From contig OZ024742.1 in NCBI GenBank assembly GCA_964016885.1, positions 257,424,001-257,488,000 of the forward strand: a DNA stretch of 64,000 nt, read 5' to 3'. Numbering within the stretch: position 1 is the first letter of the stretch; each line of letters starts with the position of its first letter. Below are positions 29,046-42,704 of the stretch, piece after piece. The stretch is from Eledone cirrhosa. Taxonomy: Eukaryota. Under the pieces are notes generated by a model. That model did no database searches. It worked only from the letters and a program-made list of their open reading frames with translations, and was not told the DNA's origin. The position numbers and the translations under genes were made by a program.

Positions 29046-29095
29046 GAGCTGTACTGATGAAGGGTGATACCCAGAAACATTAGTGTCTGCAGTTC
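29046..29095 (+). ncRNA. Type I hammerhead ribozyme
   Basis: gagctgta-CTGATGA-a ggg tgata ccc a-GAAA-cattagtg-TC-tgcagttc; 8-bp stem I; GUC cleavage triplet. Confidence 0.8.
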
Positions 29096-30664
29096 TGTTC
29101 ACATGCCAACACAAGAGCAAGAATGAATGGTTTATTCTACTGACATGGCTATGAAATTGAGGCTTGCTTGCATAATTGCAAACGAATCGAATGTTTTTAA
29201 TATTCGAAAAACTCAGATTATATATATATATATAATATGTGTGTCGGTATACTTATATATATTTGCACTTTTGTCTGAAGACAAGACTAACATCCATTGC
29301 TTAAAACTTCAGAATGAGTTAATGTATATTAGCTAAAGAAACATCAGCAGCGTTATATTTTTCCATTTATATATTAATATCAATTGCTGGGGATAAATTT
29401 AAAAACAAAATAATTCGAAATATTTACTAGTGTCTAATAACTTAAGTGTCATATTCACTTCAATTTAAATTGAAATAATTTTACTACACTATGGAATAAA
29501 CATCGTTGTATTCGAAGACATGTCTAATAATTCAATCTACGTTTTGTTTTTAAAACTGTAAATATCAAAATGTAGACCTTTGGCTATTTCATATATAAAT
29601 GTTAAAGATGTTATAACTGAAGTAACTGAATGCAAAAGAACAGATATATTTAGGAAGGCCAATATTGACGTGTCATTCACTCTGTGTAGAAATATATATA
29701 TATATATATTTCTTCGAAGGTGGGTTACACAGCGCTTTCATTGTACAATACATTGTTTATGGAAGTATTATATAATGTTAAGTAACCTTTTCATTGCCAT
29801 AGTTTATTTACCTTATTTCTAATGTAAGCCACTGCCTATACGTTTCTAATCATTTCGAAAAATAATCAAGATTTCGTAGGCATCTAACAAATAAACGAAC
29901 TTACTCTAAATGACTCTGGAGTTCGGAACGTTACATAAGATTATGTTAGAATTCTTTAGATAATAAAAAAAAAACTTACTTTGCAGATTATAACCATGTG
30001 TGGTCTCTGGTAGTTTGGTACCAAAATACTATCTTACAAGCACTCAATTCGTCCATGATGTCTAAGCCACTGGAATGAAGATTAATTTCATAAAAGTTAA
30101 CATAACAAACCTTCGCTAATAACAGCTGAAATAATATTAACCCAGTTCCTGCTAATTACTTATAATGATATATTAAAAATCACAAGATGTATAATAAGAG
30201 CTCGTGTATATCTCATTAATAGCTTACAATCACTTTAGTATACCATGCATACCACTAACTCAATTCTCTCAACATGTACGTAATCAATAATTTCTGTTTA
30301 ACAAAGGTCAACGCTGGTTTTCATCGTTCCATGTGCAATAGGATGAATTACATGTATCGTAATAGATCAACATCCTTCGCTACACTTCTACCTATATCAC
30401 CTCTGTTTTTATCGTTGCCATAAATCATGATTTAACTTACTCATTTGTAGTATTATTTGTTTAGATTTGTCTCGAAAATGTTGATTCTTCTCATAAACTC
30501 GCCTATATTTATCGTGTGTTTAAATAGTAAACAATTCTAACAGTTACCGTAAACATAAACGGTTTCACAGACACGTATATGACCTGGCATCAGATAATAA
30601 TTATAGCTAATAATTTTTAAGCATAGATACTCCTATACTACGCTAATCAAGAAGTAGTATTTCA

Positions 30665-32734
30665 TGATAACATATAATGGATTGTATGAATACAACAAAA
30701 CACTAGGTTGTGTATATAACGTTTAATTAACAAGTTGAGTTTATGTAGAATAGTATAGTTGACATGTCAATGAGTAGTAGATGAAAGAATGCAGTAAAGT
30801 TATTTGTTACCGTATTAAAGTTAGCTCGCAAGAGGCCATGTTAGGGCTGCCAGACGAACGCGCCTGGCCGAAGGGCCAGGCAGGTTAGAAGGCCAGGAGC
30901 CGAAAGGCAAATGAGAGAGAGAGAGCTGAAAGTTATTCCATTTATAATTCCTGGGACGGAAGTAACAAAAAGGTCTCTGCCACCCCAACGGGAAGCAACT
31001 CCAGCTACTTCCTGTCTAGAAGATGTTACTCTATTGGTGATGTGATCGTCACAACAAGGGAGGCAACTCTTGCCATATTATCTCCCGCCAGATTTTTTAA
31101 ACATAAAAATCGAATGACACATGTATGGAGTAAGATGGCGAGCATGTAACAGGCATGAAAATTACGAAAAAAATAATGTTTGCAATAAAAGGAAAACAGC
31201 AAAATATATGCATGCAAAAATCAATGATAGATATCAAGGTAGCCAACCGCTATTGGCCAGAGAACTATATATCCATCACTCAAAGATACAATGTAATCAA
31301 AGTAAAAGAAGAAGTCAAAGTTCAAATGTTCCAAATACAGTTCACAGGTGTGCAATCACATGACAGCAGGAAAGAAAGTGTGTTCCAGAGAATGAATGCA
31401 GGTGGTTTCTGGTCTGTGGTATAACGTGAAATTTCCAACCTCCGAAGGGATTTTCTCACGGGAAGAGTGCTGCAAAAATAAATTCTCTGGCGTGTTCTGC
31501 TGGTTTTGGTTGTTGATGAAGCTGTGTTGTTGTTGATGTTGTTGTCTCGCGGAGTGAGCGTATTCGATGTTTAAATTCACAGTAAACATTTTGCCAGAAA
31601 AAACGAGTTGCGCAAAGTGCTATAAATAACAGCCAAAGTTGATGGTCGATGTTGAGAATGCGTTGACCTGGAAGGGTCAAGAGGCCAGCGACCAAAGAAA
31701 TAAGCATTCTGAATAAATGCGCAGTTTTCAACGGCAAATTTACGTGGTAAATTTTTAAACCGGCAAATAGGATAATATAGCTTAAGGCTGGAGAATCCTA
31801 GGCGAGAAACATTATCCATGGCGTGTGGTATCTCAGTGAGTCGAGGTGAGTGCTGCCTACACGTGCCGAAACAAGGTTAAGTTGAAAAAAATATATATTT
31901 CTATTGCGCAGGAAAATGGCGCGAAAATGATAGTGCAACAGGTCGTTGGCAGCCATTTTGAAAAATGTGTGTGTGAACGTAACCATATGATGAAAAAGAA
32001 TGAAAGGCTTCACTTAGTATAACAAACATGGCGAGATCAATTTGTTTGTGAACGATGAAAAAAATAAACTTGGTGGTAAGAATAAACAATAGTTGAGATG
32101 CAGCAAAAATAAATGTTCATGTTGAAAAAGAGTCTGTCTGAACGAGAATTTCACATGTGCGTGTGTTCGTTTTTGTGTCTGCGAATTTTTCCTAGTTTGT
32201 TAATAAAGTTTGCTGCGTATTCGAAATGTTGGTCGACACATTCCAACGAAAATGGGATATTGCTAATTAATTTTTTTTTTCCATACTCACACAACACCAG
32301 ATTCTGTTATTTTTTCTTTTCTATTCGGGGTTACCACTTATAACAAAATGCTGGTGTGTATGAATATAACAACATACTCAGTTTTTTATATAACGTACAA
32401 TTAACAAGTTGAAGTTATGTAGAATAGAATGGTTGATAAGTCAATGAAAGTAGATGAAAGAATGAAGTAAAGTTATTTGTTACCGTTTTGAAGTGAGCTC
32501 GCAAGAGACCATGTTAGGGTTGCCAGTCGAACGCGCCTGGCCGCAGGGCCAGGCAGGTTAGAAGAGGGTAAATGAGAGGTAGAGAGCTGAAAGTTATCCC
32601 CTTTATAGGTCCTGGGACGGAAGTGACAAAAAGGGCTCTGCCACCCCAACGGGAAGCAACTCCAGCTACTCCCTGTCTAGCAAGCCTCTATTGGCGATGT
32701 GATCGTCACAACAACGGAGGCAACACTTGCTACA
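30665..32734 (-). mobile_element. Small non-autonomous LTR retroelement (LTRs about 30665-31077 and 32338-32734)
   Basis: About 400-bp direct repeats with TG..CA-like ends on minus strand; PBS-like TGGTAACCCCGA next to the 5' LTR (tRNA-Trp PBS is TGGTGACCCCGA); purine tract GGCGGGAGA before the 3' LTR; possible gag relic inside; TSD not clear. Confidence 0.75.
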
Positions 32735-33042
32735 AACATGTATAATGATTTCAGCAACAGATATCCGTAAAGTCGCAAGTCGACACAGGCACCCACTTGG
32801 CCGTTCTTCTTCTGATCCAGCGGAACATCGAAGACGTGACAGCAGTAATGAGAGAAGATTTCACCAGCAGTGGGCTAATAATTTTCACCACAATAATATG
32901 AAATGCAAAGTAAACACAGGAGGTATTTGAATTCAGAACGTAGATACCTGGATCAATTATTCCATATTTAACAACGCCGTCTATTAACCGTCTCATATAC
33001 ATATGTACACTCATATACACAGCTCAATTAAATATATGCATG

Positions 33043-33147
<105 letters not shown>

Positions 33148-33166
33148 GTATATACGTATATATATA

Positions 33167-34380
33167 TATTAATAAAAGGAATTCCAGCTGTGTCTGATTT
33201 ATTCGTTTTATTTACAATCCTTTAACATTATAATGGTATTAAAATGAAATAGTATGGTAGAATATTAAATGTTAAGTGTTAATTGAACAAGTACTTTCAT
33301 GCTTTCGCAATCTTCAGGTTCATATTCTGTGGTGAGAGTCAAGTTTGCAATTTTCAACTGTAATGAGAAGGTGTAAATGTTGTGCCTGATTTACAGTGAA
33401 AATCGGCTACAGAATGCTAAGTTTTGCAAACTGTATTCGACCCATCGGTGTGTAGTTTCACTGGATTACTAAAGCTGATTGGTTTAGGCGTCACGGTTGG
33501 TTGAGCATGTCTAACGACTTCTATTTGAACCTATCCAAATCATCAATTTTTTGCTATTTTTAGAAATGATGAAAATAGCATTTTCTACGGTTTTTATAAA
33601 AAGTCTTCAGTAATCATCACAATCAACATCACTTTTATTATTATTATTATTGATGTTGTTGTTGTTGTTAGTGGTGGTAGTCGTAATGGTCGTAGGCGTA
33701 GTCATAGTAGGAGTAATACCCATAAGCATTAGTATTGTTCATTTAGCTTGGGTTGGAATTTATCAATAAAATCTTTTCTTTAAATTTTCTCTTGATTTCG
33801 CTTGGGCTATGTAATTTGAGAAAGAAAATATTAAAAATATTTTCTGGCCACATGTTGCTAGATGGTTACTCAGGGGTATCTGACGGACATTTGGGGTCTC
33901 TGATTTGCTGTTGGTGCACCCGTGCACGTTCCGATAGTGCATTTTGAGTTTGACCGACATATTGTTCTTCACAATCGGGCATTTAATGCAGTAAATTAGA
34001 TTTCTGCTTTTGCCGTTCATATTTGAATTTGGGTATATGTTTCCAGTTTTTGTGTTCATATATTGACCGGCGTGAATGGATTGACATGTTCCACATCGAC
34101 TATCATTGCATTTAGATACAGTGAATGATTGGTCTTTGTTGTTAAGGTCAAAGTTTGTAATTGGTAGTAATTGCTTCACATTTTTCGGCTGTCTTTTACA
34201 AAGAGTCAAAGATCGATCTGTGATTGAGCCTTTTAATTCATTACTTTTAGCAATGATCGATAGGTTTGCTTTGGCAGTGTTGAAGATATTCTGGTGACAT
34301 GGGCTGTGTGTCATTACAAATGGTATGACCAATTCTTGGTTTCTTCTTCCTTGGGTTTTCCTAAGTTGTTGTATAGGTGT
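33167..34380 (-). mobile_element. PLE 3' fragment (GIY-YIG plus 3' repeat), paralog of 20551-21700
   Basis: [27 protein letters not shown] in ORF 33763-34632; flanked by (AT)n on both sides. Confidence 0.88.
33284..33322 (-). ncRNA. Minimal type I hammerhead ribozyme
   Basis: tgaac-CTGAAGA-t tgc gaaa gca t-GAAA-GTAC (palindromic loop)-TT-gttca. Confidence 0.75.
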
Positions 34381-34381
34381 G

Positions 34382-34435
<54 letters not shown>

Positions 34436-34477
34436 TATATATATATATATATAAAAATATATATATATATATATATA

Positions 34478-35450
<973 letters not shown>

Positions 35451-35713
35451 CGGCGATGAATTAGTTTTGCGTGGTTTTTTATATGAAATCGTGTGTCGAA
35501 ACAAATATTGTTATACTTGGGGAGGGTCATATTTCTGTAATATTGCCAGAATTAATAACATAACACACTCACTGTTTGGTTGGTTTTTGCTTTTCGCTTC
35601 TGTGTCTTTTATATCGGTAATCTAATTTATTCGGTCATCAATGTTGCCATTGACTGACCGACGGTCAAAAATAATACAGATACAATATAGACACAAACAC
35701 ATATATATAGTTT

Positions 35714-35755
35714 ATCAAAGTTCTTTCGTTGCACATCTGCAACATCGTCAGTGGT
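35714..35755 (-). ncRNA. Minimal type I hammerhead (mirror of 36010-36051)
   Basis: Reverse complement reads CTGACGA-t gttgca gatg tgcaac-GAAA-gaac-TT. Confidence 0.65.
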
Positions 35756-36009
35756 GCTATTGTTTCCTCCCGTTACATTGTATGTCTACGCCATTTTTAT
35801 TTAGTCTGTCTATATATTTATTTATTTATTTGTTTGTTTGTTTATTTTATTTTGTCTTCTTTGCGCATGCGTTTGCGTGTGTGTACAGTGTTTTGTTTGA
35901 TGTGTGTACAGTGTTTTGTTTGATGTGTGTTCGTGATTGGGTGACTGTGTATCGGTTAATGTAGTCTATAATGGCGTAGACATACAATGTAACGGGAGGA
36001 AACAATAGC

Positions 36010-36051
36010 ACCACTGACGATGTTGCAGATGTGCAACGAAAGAACTTTGAT
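36010..36051 (+). ncRNA. Minimal type I hammerhead
   Basis: acca-CTGACGA-t gttgca gatg tgcaac-GAAA-gaac-TT-tgat; stem I has one mismatch. Confidence 0.65.
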
Positions 36052-36252
36052 AAACTATATATATGTGTTTGTGTCTATATTGTATCTGTATTATTTTTGA
36101 CCGACGGTCAGTCAATGGTAACATTGAGGACCGAATAAATTAGATTACCGATATAAAAGACACTGAAGCGAAAAGCGAAAACCAACCAAACAGTGAGTGT
36201 GTTCTGTTATTAATTCTGCCAATATTACACAAATATGACTCTCCCCAAGTAT

Positions 36253-36325
<73 letters not shown>

Positions 36326-37420
36326 GTACATGTGTGTTTGAGGGGGTGTATATGTGTGTGTGAGTGTGTGTGTGAGTGTGTGTCTGAGAGAGAGAGGGAG
36401 AATGTGTGTGTCTCTGTGAATATATGAATATACGATGTCTGAGTGTTGGTGTGTACATTTCAATAAAAATGTAATTGCATTTGAGTAAAGTAATTCTAGT
36501 TGTCATTGATTAGATTTTAATATATTCCGAGAGCTGTTGAAAGAGATATGTGTTTTATTTATGTTGTTACATGGTTATATCTCTTTTTAATTCGAAAATA
36601 TTTTAGCTTTATCAGATGACATTTGCTGACTGCTATATGATTGATGAGTTGGCAATTACATCACTTGAAGATCATTGATATAAAAAAGAAAATCAAATCA
36701 GATGTTAGATTCTAAATTATCTCGTGAAAATAACTGCTTGTGTATCAGGTTGTTAGTTAAAGGTGAAAGGTGTAGTCACTAATCTAATATTATTTGGTTT
36801 TAGTTTCCTGTTAATTTAATTTAGACATATAAGATAAACTGAGAAACTAGTGACTATTCCAATACTATCTTCCTGAATATTTAACCTAAAATACCCAGAA
36901 ATGTGCTACAACAATGTTTTGCGAGAATACTAAAACTGTTTGGTTAAACTAATGACACATCCATTTATTATATGGTTTAAGAGGGAAGATACGTAGTTTG
37001 TTCAGCTAACGTATATAATAAATAAAACAATAAGGTTTATACTGTAGAACCAGAACTTCCTTTATTACACAGGTTATGTCAATTCGTCTTATAATATATG
37101 GTTAGAGTCGGACCTTCTTGTAGCTTAGCTGCATCCAGTGATGTTAACTAAGCGTACTATCCAAGGCATTAAGCAAACATTAACAACGTATTACATTATG
37201 CGTTAATGCAGTAAAGGAAATTAATGGCAGCCTTTCAACGAAACCTGTTCTTCTTTATTAGACTAGATGTTTGACAAGTCATTAGAAGAGAAGGATATTA
37301 AAGACAATGCAGTAATTAATTTCAAAAAGCATTTTTCAGTGAAAATGCATCACAAATCACAAACATTAGCCAATCGCGCTTTTAAAATTAAGGATGTACT
37401 CGGTTTTTCATCCGTGTATA

Positions 37421-37780
37421 TTAAATGATATAGTTATCTCTAACATGGTAGGATGGCTCACTAGAATTGTATAGACACGGTAGTAAAATCAAAGAAACCA
37501 TACGCCTGTCTTCATCACGAGTTAATTTTCCTGTTGGGTTTAGATAAATTGTTTTCGACTTTCTCTTCACGTTACATTCATTAATAGCATAAATATGCGA
37601 AGGCATGTGACTTCCTGGTAAGCGTGCTAGCAGATGATCGTATGTTTCTGCGTTCAATTCCCAGTGATTCGTTGTGTTCTTATGCAAGACACTTAATTAT
37701 ACGTTGCTCCTATCTACAGAAATGAGATCTAGATGGAATTCGATTGGCCAAATGTTTATACATTGTATAACTCATTGTAT
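37421..37780 (-). pseudogene. piggyBac-like transposase C-terminal remnant
   Basis: RLPGSHMPSHI..CNV..TGKLTRDE..PCL..YH resembles the piggyBac cysteine-rich tail. Confidence 0.35.
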
Positions 37781-37788
37781 TAAAGGTA

Positions 37789-37799
37789 CAACAACAACA

Positions 37800-37850
<51 letters not shown>

Positions 37851-37880
37851 GCTACTGCTGCTGCTGCTGCTGCTACTACT
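37789..37880. repeat. (ACA)n(ACT)n(GCT)n microsatellite
   Basis: Directly visible. Confidence 0.95.
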
Positions 37881-39589
37881 TCTTCTTTTTCTTCGCCCAC
37901 TTATTCCTGACAGGGACAGGGGGGGGGGAGAGTCCACAAACGCACTTTCCATTAGCGGCTCTACCTTAAGTATCTCTCTGACCTGCGTTAGTAGAAAGAC
38001 CACTCTGCTGCATGTATTATTACTCACGATTCGTAAGGGTTTACACGAATACTAAATTGAATATAGTGCGTTTGACATTTACGCCTACATCCCTTCTTTT
38101 GTTTACTCAATTATTGCTCTTAATTCAGCCTTCTGTCTTCCATTACACGTACACTCATCCCCATGATGCCTGGACCTCTCTATATGCTTCAGTGGAACTC
38201 CATTTATATATAGGGTGCACTGTGCAGAGTTTTTTGCGAGGACGAATGTCTCAGATTTCACAGCCCTGATTTTATTTCCAGCCATGCAGCACTCAGTATC
38301 AAACCTATGGAGAGGAAGTCGAATTACATTTTCTCATATATATTTATGATGAAAAGTTTCTGATAAATAATATGAAATTTAGAAGCAATTTCATCGTTAT
38401 TTGATGGACGGTATGAGAGGGTGCAAGCGACACGAGTAATTCACTTGTAATTTATGTTCACTAATCACCTTTTTTATAGAAAACAGGAGATTGGTATGAA
38501 AAGGCTTTTAAAAAGATGAATACTTTACGTTGATGAGTGAAATTGTTTACTAAATCCATGCAAAAAGCTAAATAATTGAATGATGTTGATCTGCAATCGC
38601 TTCACCCCAAAAGGGTGATGCAAATTAACAAAACATAGCATAAGAATATATAAGGTAATACACAAAATAACGGAAAATATTAACAGATAATTTAATAAAA
38701 ATCATGAATAATTGCAAGAAATACTGTAAAACAACGTACATGTATTTCCCAGCAGGCAACTAGCAACTATAAACACCGTTGTTAGTAATAGCCTATCTAA
38801 TTTGTCACGGATTGTCTCCATAGATGCTATGAGAAAGAAGACGTGTAACAACAATTCTAAATGCGTGGGGAAGCGGGGCTGAAAATTTAATTACACCTTC
38901 TCTAACCATATTAGAAACAATCAAATTTAGCAACAACCCTACGGTATTCATTGTAATCATGGGAAAAGAGATCAGGAAATGTTTTAATCAAGTTTGAAGG
39001 ACAAGTTAATAATAGCTACAGAGAGCGATATTTATTTAAATATAAATACGAAATTAAAATCTTCCATCTTCATCATTCTTAAATATGTAAGTAACTAATC
39101 AATAAATAAATGTGAAAATGTATTAACACATGCATGGTGGTGTGTTATTATACATACATAAACCTAACCAACATGTATACATACAGAGACGTAAATGTCT
39201 ATACATAAATACATAAATATGTATGAATATATATATATATGTAAATATATATATATATTTATATATCTGTGTGTGTGTGTGTGTGTGATTGTGGAGGGGG
39301 CATATATGTGTGTTCGTGTGTGTATGTGTGTGTGGTTCCATTTATTTTGAGCGAAGACAAAAGAGTGGTCACGACAAAACATTATACATTCATTTGTGCT
39401 TTGTGGTTCACCAATGATTGTAACTTGTCATTCCGATTAGTTAACCATGATGTAATAATAGGAAAACACTTTACGTTATACAATTCCCCCATCGTTGATG
39501 CACAGTTAATTAATAATTTGTTATAAACAACAGGAGGTCGGACTAGTGAAATCCCCTTAATTTATTGTATTGCTGCAAAAAACACTATA

Positions 39590-39930
39590 TTTTAATGACC
39601 TGGTAAGCTCTTGGCGACCTCTTCAGTTGCGGTTTGCATAATTAGTTGATCAATAAAAAGACATATGGCAAACACAACAGAGAATAGAAAAAAATATTTT
39701 ATTCGGATATGGCTCGTGAAATAGGTGTTATTGTTGCGCAGACTCTCTCCAAATAATAAATTCGTCAATACAAATAATGTTTGTTTGGTAGGCACGACCA
39801 AGTCGTTTGAGTGGTGAAGAAGAAACTCTGCTATTACAGATAGTGTTATGCCGTTGAAAAGAAATATACGGTGTTCTGCCAAAGAGGTTAGGGTTACTAA
39901 TATTGCCACAAATAATAACAGAAAACACAC
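39590..39930 (-). pseudogene. Possible piggyBac DDE-domain remnant
   Basis: AYQTNIICIDEFII resembles the piggyBac Y.P...I.IDE motif; same strand as, and upstream of, the 37421 remnant. Confidence 0.25.
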
Positions 39931-40134
39931 ACTGTATCTTTTATATCTCCACGTTTATCATTGATTGACCAATGGTTATAAATACATATATATATATATG
40001 TAGATAAATCTACCTAAATGTACGGTAGTGTCCAATCCGTATGAAGAACTCAATGTAATCCGAATATCATGAAAAGAGAAGATGTATTCAAAAATGTTTT
40101 TTCCGATGAAAAATGCAGGAAAACAGAGTCAAGA

Positions 40135-40678
40135 TAAATTAATAAAAATAATGAATAAAAACAAAGAAACAGTTCCTTATATTAAAAAGTTCATCATTTT
40201 ACGATCATTTCTAGGATATATATGTTTGTGTTGGTATGTATATCATATAGATCTATGTAAAATGTTTACAAACTATCAGAGGGAATATACATACCTACAC
40301 ATATATATGCTGTCTTCAGAAATAATGATATTTGTTTATTGAAAAAACCCAATAAAGATTTAATATAATAGGTCTGTTTGGGAACAGGTTTTGAATTGAC
40401 CAATAGAAAGGTAGTAAGTGGTCAAGATGGTAGAATAGTAGTAATAGAACTTTAATTTAGGGGTAGAGGAAAGCAGATTTCAGTTTTGAATGGAAAGAGT
40501 ATGATGAATGAAAAGATTATTTTAGGGATGAAAATAGGTCATGTCGGTAAAAGGTACACGAAAAATTGATGTTATAAAAGAATAATGTTAATGTAAATAT
40601 CTAAGGAGAATAACATTTTACGATAAATGTGTCAGTGAAAAATATCAATCTTATTTAAAATATAGGGAATTTACATCC
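40135..40678 (-). mobile_element. Non-coding repeat family with long-stem-II HHR (copies also at 51275-51820 and about 62060-62400)
   Basis: About 545 bp near-identical to 51275-51820; reverse-complement homology to 62060-62400. Confidence 0.85.
40191..40328 (-). ncRNA. Type I hammerhead with about 100-nt stem II
   Basis: tcattattt-CTGAAGA-long hairpin-GAAA-tgatcg-TA-aaatgatga. Confidence 0.7.
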
Positions 40679-41930
40679 TCTCTTGCAGACTGCTCGTCTC
40701 TGAATTGGAACAAATAGCCTCACGAAATTTCTTTGCAGTCTCCACAAGAACATAGAGCGGATTAGAACCATGTGACTAAGGATGAGTCTATCAATGCTGA
40801 AAACATGTGTCGTGTTGCTGGTGTTGTTATTGTCACTCCCGCTGTCATTGCCTTCTTCTTTTTAATGGTGGTGGTAGTTGATACTAACACTTATTTCGGC
40901 TGCCAGGCTGGCTGCTGGGGTTCGAATGCCTTATTTCACCGAAGATGCGGGGTTGTTGAGTTTGTCACTGTTGCTGTCACTGCCTTCCTCTTGTTAATGA
41001 TAGTGAAGAGTGGTGGTGCTACCTATATCAGCGTCTGTGAGTGAAGCTCCAATGGCCTTCTTTCACCGAAGGTGTGGGTCAATGGCTTTCGGCATTATTT
41101 GGCAGCACAACGGCATATATATATTTTCTTTGTTTTCTACTCTCTTTCTAATTCGATTCAAATAATTATTTGGCAGTGAATTGATATTCGTTTTATTTTT
41201 GTTTGTTTACTTTTATTTTTATTTATTTCTCTCGCTCTTGTCGTATATTTCGGGGTGCGTTATATTTGTGAGCTTTCTATCAATGATTAATAGCATTTAT
41301 TATTTGTGGTTGTGTGAAGGATGGGTGTGCAAGCTGACAAATGCAAATGTTATTTGTGCTTATATTTCCATTCTATGATGTATTCCATCGTAACAGAACA
41401 TTCTGCTTCCAGACATCTTGTATTAAACTGTTAACTAATGCCGCGATTGTTTGGGACGAGAGAATATTTGACTATTGGGTATTCAAAGAATCCAAGCGTA
41501 AAATCATCAATGTTGAGTAAACAAATCTTAAATAGAGCTTGGAGAAGACGTTACGTTAAGAGAACATTCGGAATGGGGTAGATGTGGATAGAGTACAATG
41601 TATTTAAGAATATATTAGAAGTGATGAAGAACTTGGTAAATGTTTAAGATGAACATTGATTATAAACTTACCTTAATCTTTGTTTGTTTGTTTGTTTAAA
41701 TCAAGAGGATTAGTATCTGATGCAAGCAAATGTCCTCCATCGACGTCAAGTTCAACATCATTATGGACTTCGCGTTTTGAGGTACGTATGGTGAACTATA
41801 ATGTTTAATAATTCGAGACAAGTATAACAGCACTGCATGGCTCTCATTGCAATGAGCTAAAAGGTCTGTAAATGAGCACACTTGTTCTAATTAATAATAC
41901 AGTATTAGCATACTATATATATATATATAT

Positions 41931-42052
41931 CGAGAGTCGATCGGCTCTTTTCGTCAAATCGGACCGAGGAAACAATGTTTTCGTTGGTCTTTCCAATTGC
42001 TAATACTATCTATCGGTCGCAACTCCAGGTAGGATGAGCAACGTGAAATAAA
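41931..42052 (-). mobile_element. Partial copy of the SINE family B variant at 45443
   Basis: Reverse complement of about 45543-45657. Confidence 0.8.
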
Positions 42053-42055
42053 TAA

Positions 42056-42133
<78 letters not shown>

Positions 42134-42135
<2 letters not shown>

Positions 42136-42329
42136 CGAAGGAAATGTGGTAAGGAACCAGATGGACCATAAAGCACGAAAGTACTCAAACTTAGGGTAGT
42201 AGAGTGGGTAATAAGAACGAGTAGGACCCCGACGGCTGAGCTCAGGCCGTTTCGACGGCTACTTCTGGAGTCCAGAATTAGCCGTCGAAACGGCTTCAGC
42301 TCAGCCGTCGGGGTCCTACTCGTTCTTAT
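42134..42329. mobile_element. Fold-back copy of the 19478 family (centre about 42270), carrying HHR 3' halves
   Basis: 42213-42269 mirrors 42271-42329; GAAAcggc..gccGTCgggg. Confidence 0.8.
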
Positions 42330-42339
42330 ATAAATATAA

Positions 42340-42670
42340 TGGCTTAGTGGTTAGAGCATTGGCTTTGCAATCGAAAGGTTGTGAGTTCGATTCACAGACC
42401 GAGTGATGTGTTGTTTCCTTGAGCAAGACACTTTATTTCACATTGCTCCAGTTTACTCAGCTGTAGAAATGAGATGATAGGGACTGGGTCCATATCATTT
42501 CACTGTGAAGTGGTCGTGGAGGTGCCACGGCAAAAAAACACCCAGCACTCACTGTAAATGAGGTTGGTGTTAGGAAGGGCATCCAGCTGTAGAAATCAAG
42601 CCAGAATCAGTTCCCGCCCCACCCTTGCAAGCAGGGAAAAGCGGACGTAAAATGATGATGATGATGATGA

Positions 42671-42672
<2 letters not shown>
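42340..42672 (+). mobile_element. CORE-like SINE family B with RTE-type tail and (GAT)n
   Basis: A box TGGCTTAGTGG, B box GTTCGATTC, CORE-like ccttgagcaagacactt, tail ttaggaagggcatccagc..ggacgtaaaatgatgatg. Confidence 0.8.

Positions 42673-42701
<29 letters not shown>

Positions 42702-42704
<3 letters not shown>

Larger units (their letters stand above)
35505..36260. mobile_element. Inverted pair of PLE-type 3' repeats (35505-35795 / 35970-36260)
   Basis: About 290-bp near-perfect inverted arms; terminus attgttatactt.gggagggtcat is shared with the PLE at 58752. Confidence 0.85.

Noticed and set aside
40770-40815. gatgagtc...gaaaacatgtgtcgtg HHR-like words
   Set aside because: CUGANGA is incomplete and stems I/II do not pair convincingly.
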